The position numbers and the translations under genes are program-made. DNA of 64,000 nt. It comes from Gekko japonicus. Taxonomy: Eukaryota. This document shows, piece after piece, positions 37,601 to 61,609 of the stretch (positions are counted from its first letter, which is position 1; each line of letters opens with the position of its first letter). The notes below the pieces were generated by a model that had not been told where the DNA came from, made no database searches, and saw only the letters and a list, made by a program, of their open reading frames with translations. The DNA is taken from NCBI RefSeq assembly GCF_001447785.1, contig NW_015163118.1:1-64000 (forward strand), read 5' to 3'.

Positions 37601-38102
37601 TACTTTGTATCAGCAAGATACAAGATCAGCAAGATCAGCAGCAAGATAAGGAAATACGCTACTGTTTTCTACGCTGTGTGCATGAAGCACAAAGACCAAA
37701 GACATTGCTAGGAAGAACATAATCCAGGTCCCATTACATTAAAAATTACAAGATGACGTTCCATGCCTTGTTCCGTTGCTTCTCTGCTTCCTCCTCAGTT
37801 GCACAGCTCAGCATCACCTCAGCCCATTCCAGTCGCTCCTCTGCAGTCCGTTCAACAAGACTGTCAAACAGCTCAAAATAGAGCCAAGCCAGGTCCTTCT
37901 CTAACTGCAGCTTCCCACAGGCAATGTGTCGCCACATAGGCCAGAAAAGGTAAGGATAATAGCCCTCACTAGAATGCATCCGGACATAAGTGGACATCTT
38001 TCGTAGATAATGCAGACTCAACTTGGATGGAGGTGGGATTTGCAAAGCTCCCACTATGAAAGGTTCCATCTTCACCCACAGATTAACTGTAAATTGATCC
38101 AT
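31527..38102 (-). CDS. TBCCD1: TBCC domain-containing protein 1, spliced CDS join(38102..37767,37379..37230,36468..36102,34686..34500,34409..33912,31656..31527), 555 aa (559 aa if the upstream ATG at 38114 is used)
   Basis: Exons of 336+150+367+187+498+130 = 1668 nt with consistent phases. The protein MDQFTVNLWVKMEPFIVGALQ...KIHRCCESFIYLLSPLRSVSIEKCRNS...AGPKQAAG* is colinear with vertebrate TBCCD1 and lies between CRYGS and DNAJB11 as in human. Confidence 0.95.
31734..32124. mobile_element. hAT-type MITE in a TBCCD1 intron
   Basis: TAGGGT...ACCCTA termini; 8-bp TSD GTTCAATG / GTCCAATG. Confidence 0.75.
33912..34409 (-). CDS. TBCCD1: TBCCD1 coding exon 5 (TBCC/CARP domain)
   Basis: ttttag|A TCT GTG ... 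ACC AA|gtaagt. Confidence 0.95.
34500..34686 (-). CDS. TBCCD1: TBCCD1 coding exon 4
   Basis: cttgtag|TT GAA ... CTG AG|gtaagt; VEGATKRAKIACN...LLSPLR. Confidence 0.95.
34831..35160 (-). mobile_element. Unclassified CpG-rich retroposon-like insertion
   Basis: Sharp GC/CpG-rich block in an AT-rich intron; minus-strand 3' end GTCGCCATAAACCAAAAGTCGACTT resembles RTE/Vingi-type tails. Confidence 0.45.
35225..35430. mobile_element. Complete hAT MITE
   Basis: TIRs CAGTGTTCCCTCTAAGCTG / CAGCTTAGAGGGTACATTG; perfect 8-bp TSD GTAGTCAC. Confidence 0.9.
36102..36468 (-). CDS. TBCCD1: TBCCD1 coding exon 3
   Basis: ggtataag|AAC TGG AAT ... CAA G|gtacag; NWNDSYHQAF...LAWAQQ. Confidence 0.92.
37230..37379 (-). 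CDS. TBCCD1: TBCCD1 coding exon 2
   Basis: catttag|TTA TCT GTG ... ATT AAG|gtattt; LSVDTLQFLLFLYIQQLNK. Confidence 0.95.
37767..38102 (-). CDS. TBCCD1: TBCCD1 first coding exon (exon starts at 38138)
   Basis: Acceptor ttttctag| before 38138; MDQ...EKQRNK; donor AAG|GCATGG (GC type). Confidence 0.9.
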
Positions 38103-38159
38103 TTTAGCCATCATAAGAATCTCACATCTATGCTTTCCCTAGAAAACGAAAACAAAAAT

Positions 38160-41010
38160 TTGTATTCCACCTTTCCAGCCTTCCAAGTCCACCAAGGCAA
38201 CTTAATAACTTAAAACAAACATGATAAAAATTACATTTTAAAGCCATTAAAATCAAACGCCCCCCCAACACATGTCATTAAAACAATTAAAAACATAGTT
38301 AGAATATATACAAAACAGCAATTGAAACATTGGTTAGGAAGGATGATCATAGAGGGAATCCCAAACGAAACAAAAAATGTCTTCAACTGCTGGCCGAAAT
38401 TGGGAGCCACTATAGGTGGGCCAAGGCTGGAGTGATATGGTCCCTATGACTTACTCAACATCCTGGCTGAAGCATTCTGTAACCAATTGAAGTTTCTAAA
38501 CAGTTCTCAAGGGCAGCCCCATGTAGAGCACATTGCAGTAATTTAGGGTTCCCAAGTACCTACCTACGAACTGGCGGGGGACACATGCTTCCCTGCCAGA
38601 AGATTCTTGCTTGTAACATAGGCGCTGCACTATTCCATCACCCAGACATGACGTAGGCATGTAGCTAGGCGACGCTCTGGTAATGGGACTGGAAACTCGA
38701 TGGTACCATCGAGTTTTGAACCCCATTGCTAGAGCGTCACCCGGCTACATGCCTACGTCACGTCTGGGCGACGGAATAGTGCAGCGCCTGTGTTTTTCCC
38801 GCAGGAATGGTCCCGCGAAGAACTATACATCCCCCGCCAAATTAAGGTAAGTACTTGGGAGCCCTGCAGTAATCTAATCTAGATGTAGCCAGGGCATGCA
38901 GCACAGTGGCCAGGTCTTTTCTGCCCAGGAAAGGCTGCAGTTGGCTAAACAGTCAAAGTTGGTAAAAGGCACTCTTGGCCACAGCTGCCACCTGCTTATC
39001 CAGCAGTAGGTTGGGCCTGTTCTTTCAAGGGGAGTGCAACCCCATCCAGAACAGGTAACACCTTAAATCCCAGTCAGACCTTCCAACCATTAGGAGTAAT
39101 CCCTTGTTGGGATTAAGCTTCAGTTTATTGCCCTGCATCCACTCCAAAACTGCCTCCAGGCACCAGTTCAGTGTTTCCACAGCCTCCCTGGGATCAGCTA
39201 TAAGTGAGAGATAAAGCTGAATGTCATCCAACTTTGGTGACAGTCCAGTCCAAATCTCCAGATGACCGCACCCAGACGTTTCATGTAGATGTTAAAGAGC
39301 ACAGGGGACAAGATTTATTTGCTTTTTTGATTTATATACCACACTCCCCGTGAGTGGGCTCAGGGCGGTTTACATCAATCTTAGTATAATACCATTAAAA
39401 CAACCATCAAATAATGAATTAAAACAGCAAAAAATAATAAAAATACCATGTAAAACAGTTTGGTCAGATGTCAGTCAGATTAATTTGAGTACAACAGTGG
39501 GTGCCCCAATTTCAGTTTAGATCCAGGCCACTGGTGGGATATTGGCCAGGAGGGACGTCCACCGCCTCAACCAAAAGCCCAGTGGAAGAGCTCCATCTTG
39601 CAGGCCCTGCGGAACTGCAAAAGCACCTGCGGGGCCCTGATCTCATATGGGAGCTCATTCCACCAGGTGGGGGCCAGGGTCGAAAAAGCCTTGGCCCTGG
39701 TTGAGGCTAGTTGGATGTCCCTGGGGCTGGGGACTGCCAGAAGGTGTTGATATGTAGACCTCAGTGCCCTTTGAGTCTCATACAGATAGAACCTTGCGGG
39801 ACTCCATAGCCGAGAGGCTGAGCAGCAGTCCCCCAGAACCACCTTCTAAAACCTATCCTCCAGGAAGGATCAGAACCACCACAGAAAGGTGCCTCTCACT
39901 CCCAGCCCAGATGGGCAGTCCATGATCAATGGTATCATAAGCCATTGAGAGGTCCAGTAGAATCAACAGAGTCACACTCCCTCTGTCCCTCTTTAAGTGC
40001 AGGTCAAGCACTAAGGCAACCAAGGCTGTTTCAATCCCATAACCAGGCCTAAACCCAGGCTGGAAGAGATCTAAACTATTTGCCTCATCCAGGACAGCTT
40101 GGGGTTGATCAGCCACTGCCAATTTGATCACCTTGCTCAAGAATGGAATATTTGAGACTGGTTGATAACTACATTGAGATCTCCTGGGTTAATGGTACTC
40201 TTCTTTACAAGCAGACGCACCATAGCCTGTTTCAAGGCTGGGATGACCACCCTGTCTCTTAAGGAACAACTTCTTGAACCAGTCAGTCAGTCAGCCACAC
40301 ACACACACCCCGATTTATGTGACCAGGAAGGGTGAGGGTCATACAAGCAGGTGGTAGCCTCAAATTTCCAAGGATCCTGTCTGTTTCCTCAGAATGAAAA
40401 GTATCCCAAAGAATTGGACAAGTCGGCACCCTGGCACCATCTGACCCTGTCACTGCTAACAGAGAATCCAAGTCAAAACAGATTCAAGAGATTTTATCTG
40501 TTAAATGCTGGGCAAAACAGTCACAGAGGGCCACTGAGCAGTCCACCTTCTCTGGCAGGCCAGATCGCAACAGGCCTCTGATCGTCCAGAAGAGCTCTGC
40601 TGACTTACACTGTGCAGACACAATGGTGGTGGGGAAGTGTTATTTCTGTGCCATCACTGCCACACGGTGCACTTTAAAACAAGGTGTTGCCTGTGTCTTA
40701 TCAGATTCATCCCAAGTCTTCCTCCACTGTCGCTCTAACATCTCTCTCATCTTTTCATCAGCTGCAGGTCCTCAGTAAACCAAGGGGTATCTAGGCTCTA
40801 ACACTTGAGAGAGGGTGCCCAGGAGTGACTGCGTCAACTGCCCAGGCCATTCCCTCATTCTAGAGATCAACCAAGGCATTGAGACACCCCAACCATATCA
40901 ACAGGAAAATCCCGTACAGCCATCAGAAAGCCATTCAGATCTATCTGGCTCCAGGAGCAGATCATCTGAACTGGTCCCCCACCCTTGCAGCGTCTTGGTA
41001 TCCTTGTTGT
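38160..41010 (-). mobile_element. Decayed L2-type LINE with nested insertions (TBCCD1 intron 1)
   Basis: RT fragments FQPGFRPGYGIETAL...LLDLSMAYDTIDH, DDIQLYL...WMQGNKLKLNP and LNYCNVLYMGLP; interrupted by a MITE (38544-38866) and a younger L2 3' end (about 39314-39820). Confidence 0.8.
38544..38866. mobile_element. Palindromic hAT-type MITE
   Basis: TIRs TAGGGTTCCCAAGTAC / GTACTTGGGAGCCCTG; 8-bp TSD CAGTAATT / CAGTAATC; central perfect palindrome AAACTCGATGGTACCATCGAGTTT. Confidence 0.88.
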
Positions 41011-41429
41011 AAGTCTAATTCACATATAAAATACAGCGTAAAAAGCAGAAGTACAGAAATGGAAGGTCCCTTAGAATTGATGGTCATGCTGGTGGTCATA
41101 TTGGGCCTGTGGCCCTCCAGCTTCCTTGCACTACTATAAGTTCTGCTCACCCACTACATGCTATTCTGTCTCTTTTGACAATTTTCATATGACAAGTGCT
41201 GGAGAAATCTAGTATTCAGACCAGACTCCTAGAATTAGGCGGAATGCTATTGCAAAGTGGGGTGAAAAGCTTCCTTAATCAACAGGTAATTGGAGTACAA
41301 ATTAAATTTGGCAGAAGGGAAAGGGAGATACCACTTTTGGGGACTTTGTTTTTAAGAGGACTAAAGGAATGGATTCTCCCATCAAGGAAGATAAGACCTT
41401 ATGAGACTGTACCTTTTAAAAACAAAAAA

Positions 41430-42055
41430 GGGTCTCGCAGCACTTTAAGGACTAACAGATTTATTATGACACCAAGTCTGTGAACCAGAATCTGTCAGGC
41501 CCTTGAAACATTATCTTCAATTAGCAGACACTGAAGAAAAAATTATAAACAATGAAGTCAAAGGCCATGACATGCAGGAGGCATTTTTATTCTAGCATAA
41601 GGTTTCATGAACTAGAGCTGACCTCATGAATCCACAAAAGATTATGCTAGAATAAAAGCCTTCATCTTTAAAGTACCACAAGGTTCCTACTATGTTTGCT
41701 GCAACAGACTATCAGGGCTGCTTCTTAGAACTATCAGTGTGTTATATTCATACAAAACCCAAAAGCATATACACAAGTGAAGCAGAAGACTCTTTACAGC
41801 AGCAGTCCTTAGAAGCCTGTAAGAGTGCATATGCTGCGTTCTGCCTGTTCTCCATGAAAGTCTGCCTCTGTTTATAAATTCAGGTGGGGCAGCCGCGTTG
41901 GTCTGAAGCAGCAGAACGAAGTCTGAGTCCAGTGGCCCCTTTAAGACCAACAAAGTCTTATTCAAGGTATAAGCTTTCAGATCTGAAGCTTATATCTTGG
42001 GGGAGGGGGGGAACTGTTGAACTTAAAGGGGCCACTGGACTAAAACTTTGCTCTG
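41430..42055. mobile_element. Cluster of Penelope-like fold-back remnants
   Basis: Inverted repeats TTTTATTCTAGCATAA / TTATGCTAGAATAAAA and AGTCCAGTGGCCCCTTTAAG / CTTAAAGGGGCCACTGGACT; related to the 19413 element and to 18485-18620. Confidence 0.5.
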
Positions 42056-42720
42056 TTTATAAATGTGAGGGCGGGGCCAGCGGGGGCAAAAAACAAAACT
42101 GTTTGGCGCCAGCTTGAGGCATTCGACTCTATGTGAGAGGCGGAGTTCGCCAGCCCTACCACGGCGTCCCTATCAGGAGCACAGCCACCTGTGGACCCCA
42201 GGTCTGTGTCCCTCAGCAACAGTCCCCGCATCCCTGTTCCCGACTGGAAGAAGCCAAGATTAAGCGGAGTCACTTTGAGAAGAGGAAAAAAGAGCATCTT
42301 TCTGCATGTCCCTCCCGTTACCTGCGCGCCTCAGTCGGCGCCTCTCTGCAGACAAGCGGCTTTCGAACGTCCACGCCCTCCACTCCACCGCGCCTGCGCA
42401 CAAACGCAAGTCGGGCTCACGATTCTACAGCACATAAACCATGTTTATCTACCAAAGACCTACTCGCCTAGACCGACGCTTTTTGAACCACGAGGAAGGC
42501 ACCCGACAGTCCTCTTCTGTCAAACCTTTTTCGGTCTCTATGGTTTTTCTTGGGGAAATCACCATCGAGGGTACGCCGCGGTAGCGCCCCGTCCGGTGTG
42601 GAGGACTCTCTCAATGGAACTGCATGGGCGTAATGATCTTGTAAAATTTAGTGAAGAGAATCAAGCTTCATTTCCTGAAATATCGACTTCCTCTCGCGCG
42701 CAAGGAAAAAGAGACAGTTG
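42050..42720 (-). promoter_or_regulatory. TBCCD1 CpG-island promoter and non-coding exon 1 (donor at 42321)
   Basis: CpG-rich stretch; minus-strand donor GCAG|GTAACG at 42322/42321; NRF1-like GCGCCTGCGCA at 42390-42400. Confidence 0.7.
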
Positions 42721-43144
42721 AATGGAGCAATGTTTCCTAACCCGTGGGTCTTGACCTTCAACTGGTCGCAAAGCCTGTGATAGTGGGCCCTAGGCTTGAT
42801 TCACCCAGATTTATGGGTCCCATGCTTGTTTCACCCAGATTTGTGAATCAAGGACTCTAGGGATGCTGTGACTGGGCAGCAGCCTTACTCTCTCCCCACC
42901 ACAAACAGTGTAGACACAAAGATATTATGCTCCCTCACCCAGGCCTTATTTTTTGTGGAAAATGTGATTTTATTTGTATGGCTCCCACCTGATGGAAAAG
43001 CCTGCCTGAGGAGGTCAGGAAGTCTCCCACTCTCCTCGCTTTCCGCAAACGAGGCAAAACTGAATTATTTAAGAAGGCTTTTCTACATAGTTAACAGAGT
43101 TGCATTGTACTAAATGCTTCATAAAGGTACTTGGATAAACTGTT

Positions 43145-43390
43145 AGGGACTGTGGTCTACACTACTATGTATAGCTTGCTGAAACTGATGTACTTTTTGC
43201 ATCATTTAATGTGTCATGTTAATACTTATGGTTTGCTTCAGTTCTGTTTTTAGACTTCTTGTGGGTTCTACAACCCTAATTCCTACTGCATTGTTCATTG
43301 AATGCCCCATCCTCTTGATTGTATTGATTCCCTCTGTAACCTACCTTGAGTACAAGTTAGAAAGGCAGTTAAATAATGTAAATAAAGTAA
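43145..43390 (+). mobile_element. L2-type 3' tail fragment
   Basis: GTAACCTACCTTGAG...GAAAGGCAG...AATAAA-type tail. Confidence 0.5.
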
Positions 43391-44479
43391 AAATAAGTAA
43401 ATGTAGCCCTGTGTTGCTATTCCCATATGGGGGGAAGTTATAACCACTACATCTAGTCACTTTCTGCCAGGTAGTTGTTTTGCATTTCCAGCAAAAATAC
43501 CTTATACAAAATATAGTTTTAATTGCAGCAAAGATAATTCTGGGTAAATGGTTGCCTTCACTGTCCCCTCATTTTTAACCAGTTGCTTTCTATACTGGAT
43601 CCAATATTCAATTAAATTTAGCTTTTTAAGTGCAATAATGAAATTATGAGAAACTGGAGATATTATGGTTAGATGTTAGCTTTTTGTTGTAGTGATAACC
43701 ACCAGGGTTACTCCTATGTTTATTAATATACTGCAAGATCGCAGATCACACTGCACCGGGGCAATTAGCCACGCCTTCCCCCCCCCCCCGCGATATCTGG
43801 CCGTATGCCTGGGGCCATACTCAGGAGTACCACAACCTCTCACCCACACTAGAGCCATGGATTAGCATCAGAATGTTTTCTGTTCCCTTATACCCTTTAT
43901 ACCTAGAGTTTACAAATGCTGTTCAAGTGGATCATTAATTTGAATGGATTCAGCCTCCTGTCATGCTATTATTCATTCAGATATATGAACCAATTAGTTT
44001 TACTGAGATTACTCCCAGAGCAGTGGATAAAGGATTGCTGCCTCAGTCAATCATTTATTATGGTCATAGAAGGATTACTGCCTTTGTCACAATTACTTCA
44101 ATGCAAGTATTGCATATAAACTAAACTGTGAGTCTTCCAGTCAATCTTCACATAAGACGTGCATATTTGCCAGTCATCTTCGTACAAGGCTCCAATGGTT
44201 CCATGACATTATTCTAACTAAAGCATCACCATTGCAGACAGCTTCAATGGAACTATAAACACCCCCGATTTTCCCTGACCTTGGAAACAACCAATGGGGA
44301 AAATAAAGATTTGTACAATGAAGATTTAGAGATAGAGCGGCTCCACCGTTCAGATATTTGCGCTGGTCCTGTACGCAGTACCGTTCCAATTTAACCAAAA
44401 AGGTGAAAATCCCATGCGTTTAATTCTGATGTTCCAGTTGCAAAGTACCAGACGAGTCTTAATAATCCTTTAAACGGCT

Positions 44480-44850
44480 TGCTTACGGAGTGGACCCACC
44501 ACGAGTTTCAACAGAAAACCAAATGGTAACGTAAAACTCCTTACAGGTGGCGTTTCCCTGTGACGACTTTATAGCGCCCCGCGCGATGCTTGGACAAGGA
44601 CTAAAACCCAAGGCGCTCCTTTCCAGTGTCCCAATTTGTTGACGTAGTAGAATTCTATTGGTGAAGCGTAGCCGGCCGCGGGTGAAGTGTGCAATTATGA
44701 CTGGCCACTGCAGGGGAAGGTAGTCTGCGGTGCCGGGTTTCGGTTGGTCGGTTTCCCTCACCGGGTTCAGTCGCTTTCTCTCCTATGCCTATGGTTACGG
44801 ACGAGTGAGCACGGTGGGGGTACGGAAGCTGCTCGAAGACACCCCCCGCC
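44480..44850 (+). promoter_or_regulatory. DNAJB11 CpG-island promoter and 5' UTR with an ERSE-like element
   Basis: CpG-rich; CCAAT at 44631-44635; TGACGT at 44640-44645; minus-strand CCAAT-N9-CTACG at 44661-44643 (ERSE consensus CCAAT-N9-CCACG). Confidence 0.7.
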
Positions 44851-57849
<12,999 letters not shown>

Positions 57850-59900
57850 GACTAGGAGAAAAATGGACTTTGTTGCAAACAAATGAAATCAGTGCTGTAA
57901 ACTGCAGTCTTTTCTTCTGGTCATTGTAGAACAAACCTGAGGGGTGTTGGAGTGACTGTTAAGACCTCTGTACAAATAATGGGGGTGTATCTGGGGTCGA
58001 TCAGAAGAGATAAAAGAAACTTCCTGATTCAGGACACAACTGGTGCTGCCTACTTGGAGCTGTCAGGCTCCAGAAGTGAAATAGACGAGGCGTTTTAACA
58101 CAAGTACCAAGATGAACTTCTGGTTTTAAAATATATTTTGATGTTACTTTTTCTTGCCCCTCTGAATGACTTTTCATAATTAACTTTTGTTTCCCCTCTC
58201 CTTGCTTGAGCTCATATCACATTTATTTCAGGCAATGTCCCTTCTAGGTTCTGTGCTGGTGGCACAGGTTTTTTGACACCCACTTTTTAGTGTGTTTGTT
58301 AGAATTGCTTCCTTGGCGTTCTGTTTTTTTATTATTTAAAAAAATACCTAGTCTTTGAGAAATGACAGGAGTGACACCACAAGTTTCACTTGTCTGTCTC
58401 ATTTTTTTAGGTTTCTTTATAAACATCCATGTGATTCCAGTTGTTTATACTGCTGAAGGTTACTTTTAGTCTTTATCATCATCCAGAGGAGTGTCTAGTT
58501 CTCCCTGTACACTGCAGCAGTTTGTGGCATTGTCCATGTGAAGCTGGCATCTTTCTATGTATCCACAAAACCGGCAGCAGCACTTACATGTTTACTGTTT
58601 AGACTGTAGTGAAAGAAATATAATACACGATCCATGGTATCTTAAAAAGAAACAGTCCAGCAAGCAAAGACTACATTGTCCCTTTGGTGAAGCAAGTGAC
58701 TGTAATAATTAGGTAGAGGAAAGTTTTTACCTTTTGACCTGTGGAGTGCAAAGAGAAGATTCTTCATTTTCTAAGGGACTTGTTGCTTGGCAACATATCC
58801 TTCATAGACCTACGGTATATGCACAGAACAAAAACATATCAACCTGCCTTACCATAATCTTTGGGCTGCTATTTTTCCAATTTCCCCATTTTTTGTAAAC
58901 AAATTTTGCTCCCCCCCCCCCCGGGTTGGGGAATGAAAAACAGCTTATGGTTCAACAGATTTCATTTTTACATATTTTTTCCACTGATTAATCCAGGATT
59001 TAATCCAGGATAGTGGTCTGTTGTTCTGTTACCAGTTTTAGAGCTAATTTGGATTTGATATTACAGTTGTGTTTGTTGCAGTACACAGCCATAAAATTGA
59101 AATGTGCTAGGGGGCAGTAGCCACTCAGCTTTTCATCCAGTTGGTTCAATTTCACACTTGTGGTATTTTACTGCTGCAAGCACTAGAATATGAACAGCAT
59201 ACATTTCTGTACACAAAATGTGAATTGACCCTTGGATAGTTCCAACTGCTGAGGAACGCTGTCTTTAGTGTCTCGGTTCTGAGATTCATGTAAGAGATCA
59301 TGATATGGAAAACTAGGAAAGGTATCCAGCTTTCTTTTTCCAGCTAGATAGTCTCTTGGTTAGCATGCACAGTCTTGAAAGTACACTGCCTCCTAAAGTT
59401 GTCTGTCATGCAGTTAGCTGGTGTTGCAATACTTAGTGTGTGTGTTTCCTCCTTTGAAGGAAAGTTAACTGGAGTTCTGCTTCCTGGCTCAGCTCTCTGC
59501 ACTAAATAATGATTTGAGGTCCACACAAATGTTATTTTCTCTTTTAAAAATGAGAATGCATGCATGGCTGTAAATACTGTCTGAAGTGACAACCACTAAG
59601 GTTACTTACCAGTAGCCACATATTATTGTGATACAAACACTTTCCCATTGAGGCAGAAAGGATCTATGTGGAGACAGACTAAAGTTGAAAGGGCTTATCC
59701 CCCCAGAAATCCAGCATTTTGAAGTATTTGTTCTTCTCTTCCCCAATACTTTTTAGATGTACCTGAATATGTAAATGGAAGGTTCTCCAAGGACAGGTGC
59801 AGGAGTTTCAAGGATGACTTTCAGAACTTCTACTGCCTCACAGTTGAAATTTGTACTGTTCTATAGAAAATATTTTGGGGCATATACCAGAGAACAAGAA

Positions 59901-60391
59901 CTTGCTGAGCAGTTGGGTTAGAACAGATAAAAGGAAGTACTTCTTCATCCAAAGAGTGATTAACACATGGAATTCACTGCCACAGGAGGTGGTGGCAGCT
60001 ACAAGCATGGATGGCTTCAAGAGGGAATTCGATAAACATATGGAGCAGAGGTGGCTATTAGCCACAAGGTATAGATAGGTGATGCACTGTATTCTTGGTG
60101 CTTGGGGGGGGGGGGGGCAAAGGGGGGAAGTTTNNNNNNNNNNNNNNNNNNNNNNNNNNNNNNNNNNNNNNNNNNNNNNNNNNNNNNNNNNNNNNNNNNN
60201 NNNNNNNNNNNNNNNNNNNNNNNNNNNNNNNNNNNNNNNNNNNNNNNNNNNNNNNNNNNNNNNNNNNNNNNNNNNNNNNNNTCTTTCCCTTCTTCTTTCC
60301 TTCCCTCTTTCCTTCTCTCTTTTTATCCCCTCCTTTCCTTCTTTCCTTCTCATTGGCCTGATCCAACATTGGCTTCTCTTATGTTCTTATG
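59901..60391 (+). mobile_element. CR1 LINE 3' fragment spanning an assembly gap (N 60134-60281)
   Basis: RTDKRKYFFIQRVINTWNSLPQEVV; CTTATGTTCTTATG tail. Confidence 0.85.
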
Positions 60392-61496
60392 AGAGACCTT
60401 GACTGCTTGAGCAGGTATCAAAGGTTCTCTAGAGAGGATGTGGTAGGTTTCATTCCCAGTCCCTTTAGAAATTTAAAATGCATTGAGGTTAGATCCTAAG
60501 CAACATTCTGTTAGTGGGGCAATTAGTTCTGCTGCTGTCCTCCTCCAACTGCAGATGCCACCTGCCCACACACAGGGCGCTCTGTGGACTTCAAAAGGAA
60601 TGGGGGGGGAGGCATACTTCCAAGGCTTCACTGTGGCAGTGGTAGTTGGGAATAACTCATTGAGGTGGATCCTTAGCCTTACAATTCGTAGTTAGGCTCA
60701 AGATGTTCAGATAAGGAAAGAACCATGTTGTGCTCCCTAGTAAAAATTCCCCTTGAAGGAGAGGGGCTCAATAATGACATCTATGAAAGAAACACTGTAG
60801 CTTTCCATTTAATCAAAACAGGCCCCCTGCTGCTCCTAATCCAACTTTTATGAGTCCCTCCTGCTTGCCCGAAGTTCCTGAGATGTTGAGTTACCTTTGT
60901 TAAAATTTGTGACTTTATCATAGTGAAGGGGATATATAATGGTCTCCGTCTCTCACAGATCTGCTGAGGTGTCCTCTGTTACACCTTTTCTTTGCACATC
61001 ACTTGGAGATGATAGTGTGGTGCCCATCTCTGGATCAAGGAACCCTATGTTTCCCCAATTGTTTTAAAAATATGAATCAAAGCCGCCTCACTGCATGTTG
61101 CTGAAATGAAATAAGTGTTAAATGCTAACAGTAATAACTCCCACTGCCAGAATGGATTTTTTTAAAAAAACATTAGGAGGGGGAACACTGAAGAAGTCCC
61201 AGCAATTTGAGAACCATGAAGAAGTCCATGAATTATTAATTTTTATACAGTGCTTTGTGGCTTCTGCCCACTGTTGGTCATGGCATGCAAAGGCAAGAGT
61301 GCAGAGCCTTCTTCCAGGTAGTATATAGAAAGGTCCCTACGATGATGGTTGCCTTGCTGCTGTGCTCAAACTCACAGGAGGTGTGGGATTTTATGAACAT
61401 GGGTCTGTTTCTTCATGAAAGGATTAAACACAGATAGCAGAGTTTTGCAGCATTCCCTTCAGTTGAGTTTGGCTCATAATGTTACGGTGCTTGATG

Positions 61497-61609
61497 TTAT
61501 CTTTTCCCGCCTGTGCACAGGAAGATGCAAACAGCTAGGCCCAGTAGAGCAAAGGCACCCACAATGATGCCCAGCACCAGTGGGGTGTGTGAGCGACCGT
61601 GACGCTCTC
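61497..61609 (-). CDS. PROCR: PROCR-like last exon (transmembrane helix and short tail)
   Basis: cttgccttacag|GA GAG CGT ... AAA AGA TAA: GERHGRSHTPLVLGIIVGAFALLGLAVCIFLCTGGKR*. Closely resembles the recalled human EPCR end SRSYTSLVLGVLVGSFIIAGVAVGIFLCTGGRRC. No alpha-3 Ig exon intervenes, which points to EPCR rather than CD1. Confidence 0.88.

Noticed and set aside
42133-42721. 176-aa and 112-aa ORFs
   Set aside because: Stop-poor CpG-island sequence of the TBCCD1 promoter.
59838-60402. ORFs containing X runs
   Set aside because: They span an assembly gap inside a CR1 fragment.
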